Shown: piece by piece, positions 27,988 to 37,034 of the stretch
How positions within the stretch are numbered: position 1 is the first letter of the stretch
How the letters are laid out: every line of letters begins with the position of its first letter
From: Thermoplasmatota archaeon
Lineage (GTDB): Archaea > Thermoplasmatota > Thermoplasmata > UBA10834
Direction of reading: 5' to 3'
NCBI GenBank assembly: GCA_018818785.1
Contig: JAHIRF010000002.1
Span: 135,874-199,873, forward strand
Length of the DNA: 64,000 nt
Made by a program: the position numbers and the translations under genes
The notes under the pieces: model-generated
What the model saw: only the letters and a program-made list of their open reading frames with translations
Databases searched by the model: none
Told to the model about the DNA's origin: nothing

Positions 27988-28367
27988 GGAGCCACAGGGT
28001 CCACCATCCATGAGAAAAGGACATAAGGGCGGACTACCAGGGAAAGATTCTTGTGCTGAAGAGAACGATTGCAGCAAGGGAGTCGACTTGAATTCTGATT
28101 CAGAGAGACCCGTCAAGGCCAATGCTCCTGTCCGAATTCCCCGGATACTGCTCATGATTGGCAGTATTGGGGTGATCCGAGGGGTTCTAGCATGCATCAG
28201 GCGTGTAGGAAGAAGAAAAGGAGTTTAGCTCCGGGCCAATTCCCCGCTGATTGAATCCGAGTCCTGACATACTGGCTCCTCAGGGATTCAAATCCCCTTC
28301 AGTTTGAATCCTGATGTAAGGGGCCGTAGACACGGAATAGGAATCTTCAAGCCATGAACAGCGATTT

Positions 28368-28868
28368 ATGGTTGAGGAAATGGCGCTTAGATTGAGCAGA
28401 TCGATTAGACAATTCGGCCTGATAGCTGCAGTGGTGGGCGTAGTGGCCATTCTTGCATTTGCAGCCTATGTTCTTGTCTTCTCGACCATTACGGTGTCCG
28501 GCGTGGTGGACCACAAGACGATTGTTGGAATAAGGGACGACTGTCAGTACACCCTTGTGGTCATCGTTCCCTGGGGCATACAGGTCCAGGATTCAGCCCT
28601 TCAGAGTCTCTTCTCTGATAAGGATGTCAATTTGACGATTGACGAGTCATTGGAGTGGGATATCAGGTCTTGCGGATATGCAGAGATACGCTACCTAGCT
28701 AGCGTGAGATTGTCAACGGGAGACTCGGTCAATGATATTGAACCAGGAGGAACTCTCGCCTACTTCGTTAAGAGAGATGACTTCAACAAACTAGGATTCA
28801 TTGATAACCACACAATCAGTGTAGAGAAGTTCGAATTCGCCACCATCAGAGATGTGGACAAGGGTTGA
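28368..28868 (+). CDS. N-terminally membrane-anchored protein (element cargo)
   Basis: 166 aa, with one TM ('FGLIAAVVGVVAILAFAAYVLVF') followed by a soluble domain. Confidence 0.35.
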   Translation: MVEEMALRLSRSIRQFGLIAAVVGVVAILAFAAYVLVFSTITVSGVVDHKTIVGIRDDCQYTLVVIVPWGIQVQDSALQSLFSDKDVNLTIDESLEWDIRSCGYAEIRYLASVRLSTGDSVNDIEPGGTLAYFVKRDDFNKLGFIDNHTISVEKFEFATIRDVDKG

Positions 28869-28925
28869 ACGCCTTCTGATGTGCAGTTACGATGAATCCT
28901 GTGTAGAATGATGGAAGGGGTTTGG

Positions 28926-29055
28926 TGAGGGGCAACGATCCCCTCCTAAAATGACCAAAGCGTTTGCTATCTCTCAACGCGTCTCCTCGGCGAAGGTGCC
29001 CTAACAAGGGCATTTTGGACTATGAGCCAGTCATCTTCGTGGTCCATCATCCCAA
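28926..29055 (+). repeat. Copy 1 of a ~130-nt imperfect direct repeat. It contains two hairpins and ends in a degenerate copy of the tRNA 3' end.
   Basis: 'gaggggcaacgatcccctc' and 'gccctaacaagggc' palindromes. About 85% identical to 29692..29830. Confidence 0.6.
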
Positions 29056-29141
29056 TGAGTCGATGAGAAGAAGCCATAAGAGCGGAATGCCTGAGTAAAC
29101 TAGATAACAATCCATGTCCATCAACATATAGAGGACTGGCG

Positions 29142-29534
29142 ATGAGGTGTCCGCATTGTGCATTTGAGAGTCCACCAGATAACAATTACTGCGGCCGCTG
29201 TGGAGGAAAACTGGGAGCGATGAGTCCTAACTCAAACGTGCCTGAATGGTTGCGTGACGAAGGGAGAGGTGTTGGAGGAAGCCTATATCCTGAGGCGTCC
29301 TTCATCGACCCTGCTTCGTGGAGCATTGCCCAGAAGAAGAGATGGACAGCATTGGGTGGCATTGCGATGGCATTCATGGTTACATTCATTCTGGCGATAG
29401 CGTTCACGACCACTGACGCATTCACACGAGACCTCTTCTTAATCATGGCCCTTGTCCTTGCGTTCGTATTTGGGTCGATGATTGCTGCCCGCTGCTACAG
29501 AATGTCTATCCGCAAGAAGGAACTCGAGCAATGA
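29142..29534 (+). CDS. Zinc-ribbon + 2-TM small protein
   Basis: 'CPHCAFESPPDNNYCGRCGG' N-terminal ribbon, C-terminal hydrophobic helices, 130 aa. Confidence 0.45.
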   Translation: MRCPHCAFESPPDNNYCGRCGGKLGAMSPNSNVPEWLRDEGRGVGGSLYPEASFIDPASWSIAQKKRWTALGGIAMAFMVTFILAIAFTTTDAFTRDLFLIMALVLAFVFGSMIAARCYRMSIRKKELEQ

Positions 29535-29691
29535 ACCGTCACTGGTGCAAAATGTATGCATGAACCGATTCGGAGAACTCGGATGCGAACATCAATTTTA
29601 TGAGATTCATTGATTGCTATGATGATTCATTGCGATTAGATCGTGGGTGTACCTGTTGAAGGGTCATGAGCTGAGGATGTTGAAGAGGTTT

Positions 29692-29830
29692 AGTGAAGGG
29701 TAATTAACCCCTCTAAAAAGAACAACGGGTTTGCTACCTCTCAATCCGCTTCCTCGGCGAAGATGCCCTAACAAGGGCATTTCGGGGTGTGAGCCAGTCA
29801 TCTTGATGGTCCCTAATCCCACAGGGTCCA
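29692..29830 (+). repeat. Copy 2 of the ~130-nt repeat. It ends with the exact 16-nt tRNA-Ala 3' end (attR, 29815..29830).
   Basis: 'AATCCCACAGGGTCCA' is identical to 20487..20502. Confidence 0.7.
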
Positions 29831-29880
29831 CCAATTCTGAGAAAAGGCCAAAGGGGGGCAAATAGAGGCTTCCCCAGCAA

Positions 29881-30123
29881 ATGATATATGTTCACGATTC
29901 AGTGGCAATCATCATGCAATGCATGCAATGCGGTGCCTCCAATCCGGAAAATGCCAAATCCTGTCAACTTTGCATGAACTCTTTGGAGATAGAAGATTAC
30001 AAAGATCCAGCATTCTACGCAGAGTCACCTTCTTGGAACTCATATGGCAACATCATACTCATACTGGGGCTGCTGTTCACGGCATTCTTCTTGGTGTCGA
30101 TGCTCCTTGTATTCTTCTTTTGA
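29881..30123 (+). CDS. Zinc-ribbon + TM small protein
   Basis: 'CMQCGASNPENAKSCQLC' followed by one TM. 80 aa. Confidence 0.4.
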   Translation: MIYVHDSVAIIMQCMQCGASNPENAKSCQLCMNSLEIEDYKDPAFYAESPSWNSYGNIILILGLLFTAFFLVSMLLVFFF

Positions 30124-30223
30124 CGGAAGAAGAGAATGAGTTCGAGCTGAGTTTTCGCATGTCTTCCAAAGATGCTGGGGTAAGAAAATGTGATAGAGGC
30201 GGAAGAGCTGACTGTGGAAATGG

Positions 30224-31270
30224 CTACTCAGAATTACTCTTCAGGCGCCATATCTTACGATCTCCTGGCGCGCCATACTGAAAGTAGTGAAAGAGAATCA
30301 CTGAGGTAAGCATGATCAGCTGACCTATCACGCACAGATACCATCCAAGCTGAAGCTTTGCAGCGAATACAGCGCCAACAGTCATAGTTCTGTACTCCCC
30401 GAACACCAGTCCCCAAAACAGAGTCAATGCAAGAGTGACGATCAGTAGGTCCTGAGCGAACTGCAAGATAACCAGACCACTCATCTTGCGGACGAACAAG
30501 CACAGAATGACCAGCGCAGTGGACAGGACTGCTATAACAAGCACAAGGTATACCAGTGGTGAGACTTCGGACCCGTTGTTGGAATAAGGACTCTGACCGT
30601 ACAAGCTTGATGCGGACCCGGAGTTCCAGGCCAGGAAGAATCCCGCCACTGTAATGGCACATCCAAAGACGATGATGGGAATGGATACCCAGAAGAGAGA
30701 TGCTGTGTGGGATTTCGCGGGTGACAGTCTAATCGAATTGCGATTTCCGTCATTTGACTTACAGGCTTCATGATACATGCCCAGTGTTAGCAGGCACGCG
30801 GCCGAACCAGAAAACAACGCAATGAACCACCCAATCACCATTTCGTCAAGTGCAGACCAGAGAACAGATAGATCTGCCGACCCAATTGGCCAAGGCAATT
30901 CCCAGTGGACATAGAGCAATGGTCCCGCCAGGGCCAAGCTGTTCAACATCGACGAGGCACGAAGGGCTACGGTATGCTCCCTCTTCTTGGCGATGGCGAA
31001 CATAGAGAGGAGAAGGGAGATGATTGCGGCCGTAAAGCATATAAAGAGTGCGATCGCCGTGTAGAAAGTAAGACCACTTGAAGGACCGTCCATAAGACTC
31101 GGATACAGCAATTCAAGCGGTCCAGCATAAGAGATACTCGCATAGATCCGCTCCCAGGGAAGGAAATATGCGACTATTACGAGAACCTGAGCGAGCGCTA
31201 GACAATAGCGAAGCCAGAATGCCTTTGCCTTAACCGTACCCTTCAACGATGCTCGCTTCCACCCAGACAT
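30224..31270 (-). CDS. Polytopic membrane protein (about 9 TM), function unknown
   Basis: 348 aa, hydrophobic throughout. Confidence 0.45.
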   Translation of the reverse strand: MSGWKRASLKGTVKAKAFWLRYCLALAQVLVIVAYFLPWERIYASISYAGPLELLYPSLMDGPSSGLTFYTAIALFICFTAAIISLLLSMFAIAKKREHTVALRASSMLNSLALAGPLLYVHWELPWPIGSADLSVLWSALDEMVIGWFIALFSGSAACLLTLGMYHEACKSNDGNRNSIRLSPAKSHTASLFWVSIPIIVFGCAITVAGFFLAWNSGSASSLYGQSPYSNNGSEVSPLVYLVLVIAVLSTALVILCLFVRKMSGLVILQFAQDLLIVTLALTLFWGLVFGEYRTMTVGAVFAAKLQLGWYLCVIGQLIMLTSVILFHYFQYGAPGDRKIWRLKSNSE

Positions 31271-31371
31271 CCATTTAAATCATGCTTTTGCGCTATATTA
31301 ATATCACTCGGATAGACAAGGATTGTAGCTGGAATGCAGATTCGCATATACCGTGGGAAAGGCCATAGGAC

Positions 31372-31836
31372 CTATTTCTTCTGAGGCGCGCCACAAAACG
31401 GGCACTTGCTTGACGTGACCTCTATCAAGGCGTTGCAGTATGGGCATGGATACTTGACAATCTCCCTGACCACTTCCTTCACGATCGTTGGCTGTGAAGA
31501 GTGAGTAGTCTCTGCACTCTGGCTTGCCATTCCGCTCTGAATAGCAGTTATCCACGGTTCAGGCGTATCGACTTGGAATTCATGGCGGGGAATCCCTGAC
31601 ATCTCTGTAGTGTCAACTACTACCACAAGAATCGGCTTCTGAACCATCCCAAGGATCTTGTTCGCCCTCTGGACATTCATTGACTTAATTGCCTTGAGCG
31701 GAATGGATTGGGTAACATAGTCCTTCCGATTTACCAGACCGCTTCGAGTGACGAACTTGAGCTGCCCGTTCTCCAGCTCAAGAACGCCTGGATTGCCCCT
31801 ATACCAAGCTGGCGATGAATAGGACAGCACACTCAC
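31372..31836 (-). CDS. PH/GRAM-like domain protein with a C-terminal zinc ribbon
   Basis: 'VLELENGQLKFVTRSG' bacterial-PH-like N-terminus, 'CPYCNALIEVTSSKCPFCGA' ribbon. Confidence 0.4.
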   Translation of the reverse strand: MSVLSYSSPAWYRGNPGVLELENGQLKFVTRSGLVNRKDYVTQSIPLKAIKSMNVQRANKILGMVQKPILVVVVDTTEMSGIPRHEFQVDTPEPWITAIQSGMASQSAETTHSSQPTIVKEVVREIVKYPCPYCNALIEVTSSKCPFCGAPQKK

Positions 31837-32156
31837 CTATCTGTTCATCGTTCTGCCGCACTGCGGACAAACCGCCTTGGGAGCTGACAGCAATGCCTTG
31901 TGCTTTGGAACGCATCCGAAACAGTAGACCTTCCCAGCGTTCTGTCATCCCTGAGTCTTGCAGATCAATCCCGGTGGCTGCATTAATCCTCCAACCGATT
32001 TCCCACAGTTCACACATATGCCTCGCACCATAACCACTCCGACCTGGCATTTTCCTTTCGGCTCATAAGCCTTCCTGTATTCTCTCTTTAGAAAAGGCCA
32101 TAGAGGCGGATAGGTATTTAGCCAACTGAGGGCTTTCAGCTATCGGGGGATCCAGA

Positions 32157-32720
32157 ATGGCGAAAGCGGCACTTATGATGGGGATTGCAGTCGCTGTTGT
32201 TGCTCTGATTATCGTTTCATTGTCGTGGGCATACTACAGTCCAGAGTATTCGTGGGATGCCTCTATACGGGACAGCGACGGCGATGGTTATCCCGATAAC
32301 ATCGATCCATATCCTGATGACCCTGCGAAGTGGACATCCCCTTCGGTGACTCCTACAACATCAATTGCGCATGTCACCGTATTCAACGGCATCAAGTTCA
32401 TAATTGGCGCAGGCGCTGAGGTGCCTTGGTCAGATGTCACAATCATACTTTCGGATGGGAGCCAACATGAGGCATGGGACAACATCTCGTCATCAGATCT
32501 GGATGACACAATCTATGATTCCCAAAGCTACGGAGATGAATATGTCGGCGAGTTATGCGTCTCTCTCGTCGTCACAGACCTAGACGGTAATGGTCGAATG
32601 GACGAAATGGACTACTTCACCCTGATAGCAGACGAGTTCTCATATGGGCAGACCTACAGCATTTTCTTGGTCTATGATCCCACTGCAGAGGAAATCACTC
32701 GATGCATCTTCACTGGGTAG
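32157..32720 (+). CDS. Membrane-anchored extracellular protein with a thrombospondin-type-3-like Asp-rich calcium-binding repeat
   Basis: N-terminal TM, 'DSDGDGYPDNIDPYPDD'. Confidence 0.4.
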   Translation: MAKAALMMGIAVAVVALIIVSLSWAYYSPEYSWDASIRDSDGDGYPDNIDPYPDDPAKWTSPSVTPTTSIAHVTVFNGIKFIIGAGAEVPWSDVTIILSDGSQHEAWDNISSSDLDDTIYDSQSYGDEYVGELCVSLVVTDLDGNGRMDEMDYFTLIADEFSYGQTYSIFLVYDPTAEEITRCIFTG

Positions 32721-32783
32721 AGGGTCCTTGTACCGAGAAAACGCCATAGAGGCGGAAGGACATGCAGCGAACGGTCGATAGAA

Positions 32784-33158
32784 ATGGCAAAGAAGATGAT
32801 TGTATGCAAGAAATGTGGAGTCAAGAATCCAGACTATGCCTTCCGTTGTGGCTCTTGTGCCTCCACGCTCCGCAGTCCTACTGCCAAGGATTCGCGTGCA
32901 ACTCGAGGAGAACAGACATCAGAGGGCCTAGTCGATTCCGTCGACGGACATATGACCAATGACCGAAAACCGATCTGGCAAACAAGATATCGTAACCGCG
33001 TTGCGTTGAACTTGTTCTTGATCGCCCTTTTCGCATTCATTCTTATCATGGACATATTGTCTGGTGCAAGCGCTCTCAACATTGCTGTTGTGCTGGTGTT
33101 TCTGGCTCTTTCCACCACGCGGTTCCTCCTTACTTGGCGGAGGATCCAACAAGCGTAG
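32784..33158 (+). CDS. Zinc-ribbon + 2-TM small protein
   Basis: 'CKKCGVKNPDYAFRCGSC' ribbon, C-terminal TM helices, 124 aa. Confidence 0.45.
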   Translation: MAKKMIVCKKCGVKNPDYAFRCGSCASTLRSPTAKDSRATRGEQTSEGLVDSVDGHMTNDRKPIWQTRYRNRVALNLFLIALFAFILIMDILSGASALNIAVVLVFLALSTTRFLLTWRRIQQA

Positions 33159-33278
33159 CATCGTTCCTCTGATCCAATCCTATTCAGACGATCATCGACT
33201 AGTTGCTACTCCCGTTGCATAGACCCTGGCGAATGTGTCTGTCCAGAAGGATCTCAGGCATTGGACTCTAGTCTCAGC

Positions 33279-33827
33279 CTATGCAAGCAGGCCAGCGGAC
33301 TTCAGCTCTTCTGTGATCTTGTCGACGGCAGTCTCGGCATCCTCAGGCTTTCGGGCGCCAGTGCAAACAAGTTTCCCGCTGCCGAACAGAAGCATAACTA
33401 CCTTCGGCACGTCGAGACGGTACACGAGTCCGGGGAATTGCTCAGGTTCGTACTCGACCTTCTCAAGACCAAGTGTGATAGCCGTCGCATTGAGGTTGAT
33501 CTTCGCCCCGAGGTTGCTTGTGGCAACGATGTTCTGCACCACGATATCTGGCTCTTTCGTGATCACAACACCAGCAGCTTCTATCTCCTTGACCACCTTG
33601 CCAACAGCAGTCTTGACCTGCTCGAGGCTCTTGGCTCCCGTGCAAACGACCTTTCCGCTCCTGAAAAGCAGCGTCGCCGTCTTAGGTTCTTTGAGCCTGT
33701 ATATCAGACCTGGGAACTGCTCAGGTTCGTATTCCGCACCGTCAAGCGTAATCGCAATCGCCTGAAGATCTAGCTCCACCCCTAGAGATGCTGAGGCGAC
33801 AACGTTCTCTATCTTAATCACTGCCAT
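33279..33827 (-). CDS. tbp: TATA-box binding protein
   Basis: Two direct repeats containing 'NVVASASLGVELDL...YEPEQFPGLIYRL' and 'NIVATSNLGAKINL...YEPEQFPGLVYRL'. Confidence 0.92.
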   Translation of the reverse strand: MAVIKIENVVASASLGVELDLQAIAITLDGAEYEPEQFPGLIYRLKEPKTATLLFRSGKVVCTGAKSLEQVKTAVGKVVKEIEAAGVVITKEPDIVVQNIVATSNLGAKINLNATAITLGLEKVEYEPEQFPGLVYRLDVPKVVMLLFGSGKLVCTGARKPEDAETAVDKITEELKSAGLLA

Positions 33828-34018
33828 AGGATATGCACCGACCTAACAGTAATGCAATGGATGGCTTATATAGTTTATAAATGAGCGCTTAGTCGGCAAT
33901 GAAGCTCCTCAAAATCGAAAATGTCGATTGTGGCTCATCTTTTATATCCATTTTGGTTTAATTCGAATTGTAGCACGCTGCCCTTATAGCGTCTTCGTCA
34001 CTATCCTATACGATACCA

Positions 34019-34408
34019 TCATTTCCGGCGAATATCACGCAGCTTCACCTCAAGGGCGATAGTATCGAGCAACATACGGAGGCGTCGTCCCTTGCTTTCC
34101 ACCTCTTCGCGGCTAACCGAAGAAGACTCAGGACACAGTTCGTCCACCATCACCTCACCGTCGACAGACATGTTCACAGGGTAGATGACGCAGCCTAAGG
34201 GCCTACGCGAGTACTCCCTGCATCGCTTCATCCCATGATCGTAGAAGAAACAGTATCCTCCAATGTTGCGCAGCCTAGGTATACTATCAACGCCGCGATT
34301 CACGAAATCCTCTCGATTATGACCATTTCTCTCGAGTCGCGCAATATCTGCATCGCATAGCTCCATCTCAGTATCGCTACAGCACTTCTCGCAATGAGAA
34401 CATCGCAT
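34019..34408 (-). CDS. YkgJ-family putative Zn/Fe-chelating CxxCxxCC protein
   Basis: 'CSHCEKCCS' at the N-terminus. 129 aa. Confidence 0.5.
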   Translation of the reverse strand: MRCSHCEKCCSDTEMELCDADIARLERNGHNREDFVNRGVDSIPRLRNIGGYCFFYDHGMKRCREYSRRPLGCVIYPVNMSVDGEVMVDELCPESSSVSREEVESKGRRLRMLLDTIALEVKLRDIRRK

Positions 34409-34539
34409 CGAACCTACGAGGTCTGCGGGATAGTTAAAGCTTGGGGCCGTCCGAGCAGATATGTGTTGTGAAAAGAGGCTGGCGCCATTGGTGCGATCGG
34501 TCTCCTTGAAATGCCATTTGCATCAGCCTGCAACAGATG

Positions 34540-35103
34540 TCATTGCAGCTGTTTTCGGCGGTAACAATCCCTCGAATGGTCGTTTACCATACCCACTGCC
34601 TCCATGAAGGCGTAGCATATTGTGGGTCCCACGAATCTGAATCCCCTTCTCTTGAGATCCTTGCTCATCTCGATGGCCTCATCGGACGTAGTCAAGAGTC
34701 TGCACGATTCTCTCTTGGGAGTCATTGTTGGCTTTCCCCTGACGAATTGCCATATGTATGAGTCGAAGGTCCCGAATTCATGCTGAACCCTCACGAATGC
34801 CTTTGCATTGGTTATCGCCGATTCAATCTTCAAACGGTTCCGAATGATGCCCCCATTAGATAATAGCCTGCGGATGTCTTTAGGTCCATAGGCTGCGACC
34901 TTCACGGGATTGAAGTCATCAAACGCCTTCCGATAATTCTCCCGCCTGCGCAATATCGTCATCCACGTGAGGCCTGCCTGCGCCCCCTCAAGCACGAGGA
35001 ATTCGAATAATCTACATTCGTCATGTACCGGCACGCCCCATTCCTTGTCATGGTATTCTATCGAAAGTGGGTCGTCACTAACCCATTCACAGCGCTTCTT
35101 CAT
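34540..35103 (-). CDS. tag: DNA-3-methyladenine glycosylase I
   Basis: 'RCEWVSDDPLSIEYHDKEWGVPVHDECRLFEFLVLEGAQAGLTW' is typical of Tag. Confidence 0.8.
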   Translation of the reverse strand: MKKRCEWVSDDPLSIEYHDKEWGVPVHDECRLFEFLVLEGAQAGLTWMTILRRRENYRKAFDDFNPVKVAAYGPKDIRRLLSNGGIIRNRLKIESAITNAKAFVRVQHEFGTFDSYIWQFVRGKPTMTPKRESCRLLTTSDEAIEMSKDLKRRGFRFVGPTICYAFMEAVGMVNDHSRDCYRRKQLQ

Positions 35104-35295
35104 CCTATCCCACATAAATATCATCAAATGGCGGATAATAGCTTCGCAAATAGAGAGCCGTAATACTATGGATTACCCAACGATGTTGAATTCGACTTGA
35201 CCAAAATATAGAAAATATGCGACACTCATGATGGTCTGAGGGATTTCATCACCTCATTGGGCCTCAATGAATGATCAATCTATGACGGGAATCGT

Positions 35296-35973
35296 GTGCC
35301 GATGATGACCATGAACAAGAAACAGACTGTGAGCACAGAGGAGGTCGGAAGGAAGCTGCACCTCGATTACATGTACTCCTCCAAGGACGAATATCAGAAG
35401 ATCCTTGACAATACCAACACCCTTCTGAAACATATACGCAAGCAAAGCCTGGATATCGACAAATTCTTCGACGAGATCATCACGGTCATCAGAAGACGTC
35501 TTTGGATAAGAGAAGTCACTGTCGCTCTGTTCAATCCCGAGAAGAGCTGCTACATGTACAGGTACATGGGCGGTCTCAGGAACGATACCTGGGAAGCACA
35601 TAAAAGCCTATCATACACAAAAGAGGAGCTTGTCAACCCTAATGTGTACAAATCGAGGGAGATCAGCAAAGAGACCATCCTCTTCCTGGCAGAGGACAAC
35701 CCCTACGGGGAGGGTGAGGCTAAGACATACAATCGTCCTGCGATGCTGGAATCCATGAGGCGCTCGGCTGAGGACAGCATAGAGGGCGACTACTTCGATA
35801 TCTGGATACGTGGGAAAAACGACGATATACTGGGCTGGATAGAGATATCTGGAACCATTGATTACAAATTTCCCACCATAGAATCGCTGAAATGGATAGA
35901 GATACTGGCTTCACTGGCAGGCTTGGCAATAGGACTCTCAAATGTCAAGAATGAAAAGGGAAGAAGATTTTGA
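35296..35973 (+). CDS. Hypothetical protein (possible GAF-like fold)
   Basis: 225-aa ORF, no clear motif. Confidence 0.3.
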   Translation: MPMMTMNKKQTVSTEEVGRKLHLDYMYSSKDEYQKILDNTNTLLKHIRKQSLDIDKFFDEIITVIRRRLWIREVTVALFNPEKSCYMYRYMGGLRNDTWEAHKSLSYTKEELVNPNVYKSREISKETILFLAEDNPYGEGEAKTYNRPAMLESMRRSAEDSIEGDYFDIWIRGKNDDILGWIEISGTIDYKFPTIESLKWIEILASLAGLAIGLSNVKNEKGRRF

Positions 35974-36026
35974 CCAGACCCGTTCGTTCAAGCCTGGTCG
36001 TCGGGTTTTCCTCTGAACTTGTTCCA

Positions 36027-37034
36027 CTAGCGCTTTCTCAGTTTTGGATTGAATATCTCGTCCATTGCATATCCAATGAGGGTGAACCCAAGAACGACAG
36101 CCACAATGCACAACCCAGGCACCACAATCCATAAATAGAGGCCTTGGCGAATGGCGAATGCTGCGTCGGCATCAGCAATCATGTTCCCCCAGGTCACCAC
36201 CTTTGATGAATCGGGTCCGAGTGAGATGTAGCTCAAGGTGCTCTCCGAGAGGATCGAAAGCGCTATCGTCAATATCGCGTTGGCAAACATCAACGGGAAG
36301 ACATTCGGGAAGATATGCTTCCTGACGATGTAATAGTCGCCCGCGCCTACGGCCTTGGCACGTTCCACGAAGGATCGTTCCTTGAGAGAGAACACCTGCG
36401 CCCTGACTATCCTCGCTGTGCTTGACCATCCAGTTATCCCGATGACGAACACGACCTTGGTGACGCTAGCACCTCCTGGCAAGACCGCTGCAAAGACTAT
36501 CATCAATGCCAGCCAAGGTATGACGAGGAACACGTCAGTGATTCTCATCAGGACGTCGTCCTTTATGCCACCCCAATATCCGCTGAGCAATCCAACACCA
36601 GCGCCCATACCCATGGATACCGCTGTAGCCACCAATCCAACTAATAGCGAGACTCTCGTGCCATATACAACTCTTGCTAGAACATCCTGATAGTATGAAT
36701 CCGTGCCCAGCCAGTGTTTGAGTGAAGGCGGCGACTCCTTTGGTGTGCTGTAATCCTGGTCAAAGGGTCCGTATGCCTGGTCCCAACCGCCGATGATAGA
36801 GAGTAATGACATCACCAGTGGAGAGAACACGGCCATCACCACGAATATCATCAGTATTATCAAGCCGGCCATTCCTAGCCGGTTCTTGCGGTATATGCGC
36901 CACATTTTCAACGCATTCTTCTTCATCAGGCGCATTTTCTCTATCGTAGGTTCGGATAGACCAATACGAAATCGAGGTTTGGTCGGAGCCTTGCTGTCCT
37001 TGGGAATATGTATTGAATCATCCATAGCAATCAC
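36027..37034 (-). CDS. Peptide/nickel ABC transporter permease (DppC/OppC type)
   Basis: 6 TM, 'GTDSYYQDVLARVVYG' N-terminal motif and the EAA-like region of binding-protein-dependent permeases. Confidence 0.78.
   Translation of the reverse strand: MIAMDDSIHIPKDSKAPTKPRFRIGLSEPTIEKMRLMKKNALKMWRIYRKNRLGMAGLIILMIFVVMAVFSPLVMSLLSIIGGWDQAYGPFDQDYSTPKESPPSLKHWLGTDSYYQDVLARVVYGTRVSLLVGLVATAVSMGMGAGVGLLSGYWGGIKDDVLMRITDVFLVIPWLALMIVFAAVLPGGASVTKVVFVIGITGWSSTARIVRAQVFSLKERSFVERAKAVGAGDYYIVRKHIFPNVFPLMFANAILTIALSILSESTLSYISLGPDSSKVVTWGNMIADADAAFAIRQGLYLWIVVPGLCIVAVVLGFTLIGYAMDEIFNPKLRKR

Larger units (their letters stand above)
20503..29830. mobile_element. Integrated plasmid/provirus-like element inserted at the 3' end of tRNA-Ala. 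It carries a rolling-circle Rep, cargo genes and a tyrosine integrase. It may be two tandem units: 20503..29055 and 29056..29830.
   Basis: The last 16 nt of tRNA-Ala (AATCCCACAGGGTCCA, 20487..20502) recur exactly at 29815..29830. An internal ~130-nt imperfect repeat lies at 28926..29055 and 29692..29830. The Rep and integrase genes are present. 21700..26500 is AT-richer by eye than the flanking chromosome. Confidence 0.65.

Noticed and set aside
28229-28330. tRNA-like 'gggattcaaatcccc' and a triple 'ttgaatcc' motif downstream of the integrase
   Set aside because: A full cloverleaf cannot be built: there is no acceptor or anticodon arm and the T-loop is 6 nt. It may be a degenerate att or arm-type site, but it is not a tRNA gene.
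28967-29185. Minus-strand ORFs of 72 aa (28967..29185) and 65 aa (29664..29861) overlapping the direct repeats
   Set aside because: They coincide with the two copies of a nucleotide-level repeat containing hairpins. Similarity is at the DNA level, not protein-coding.
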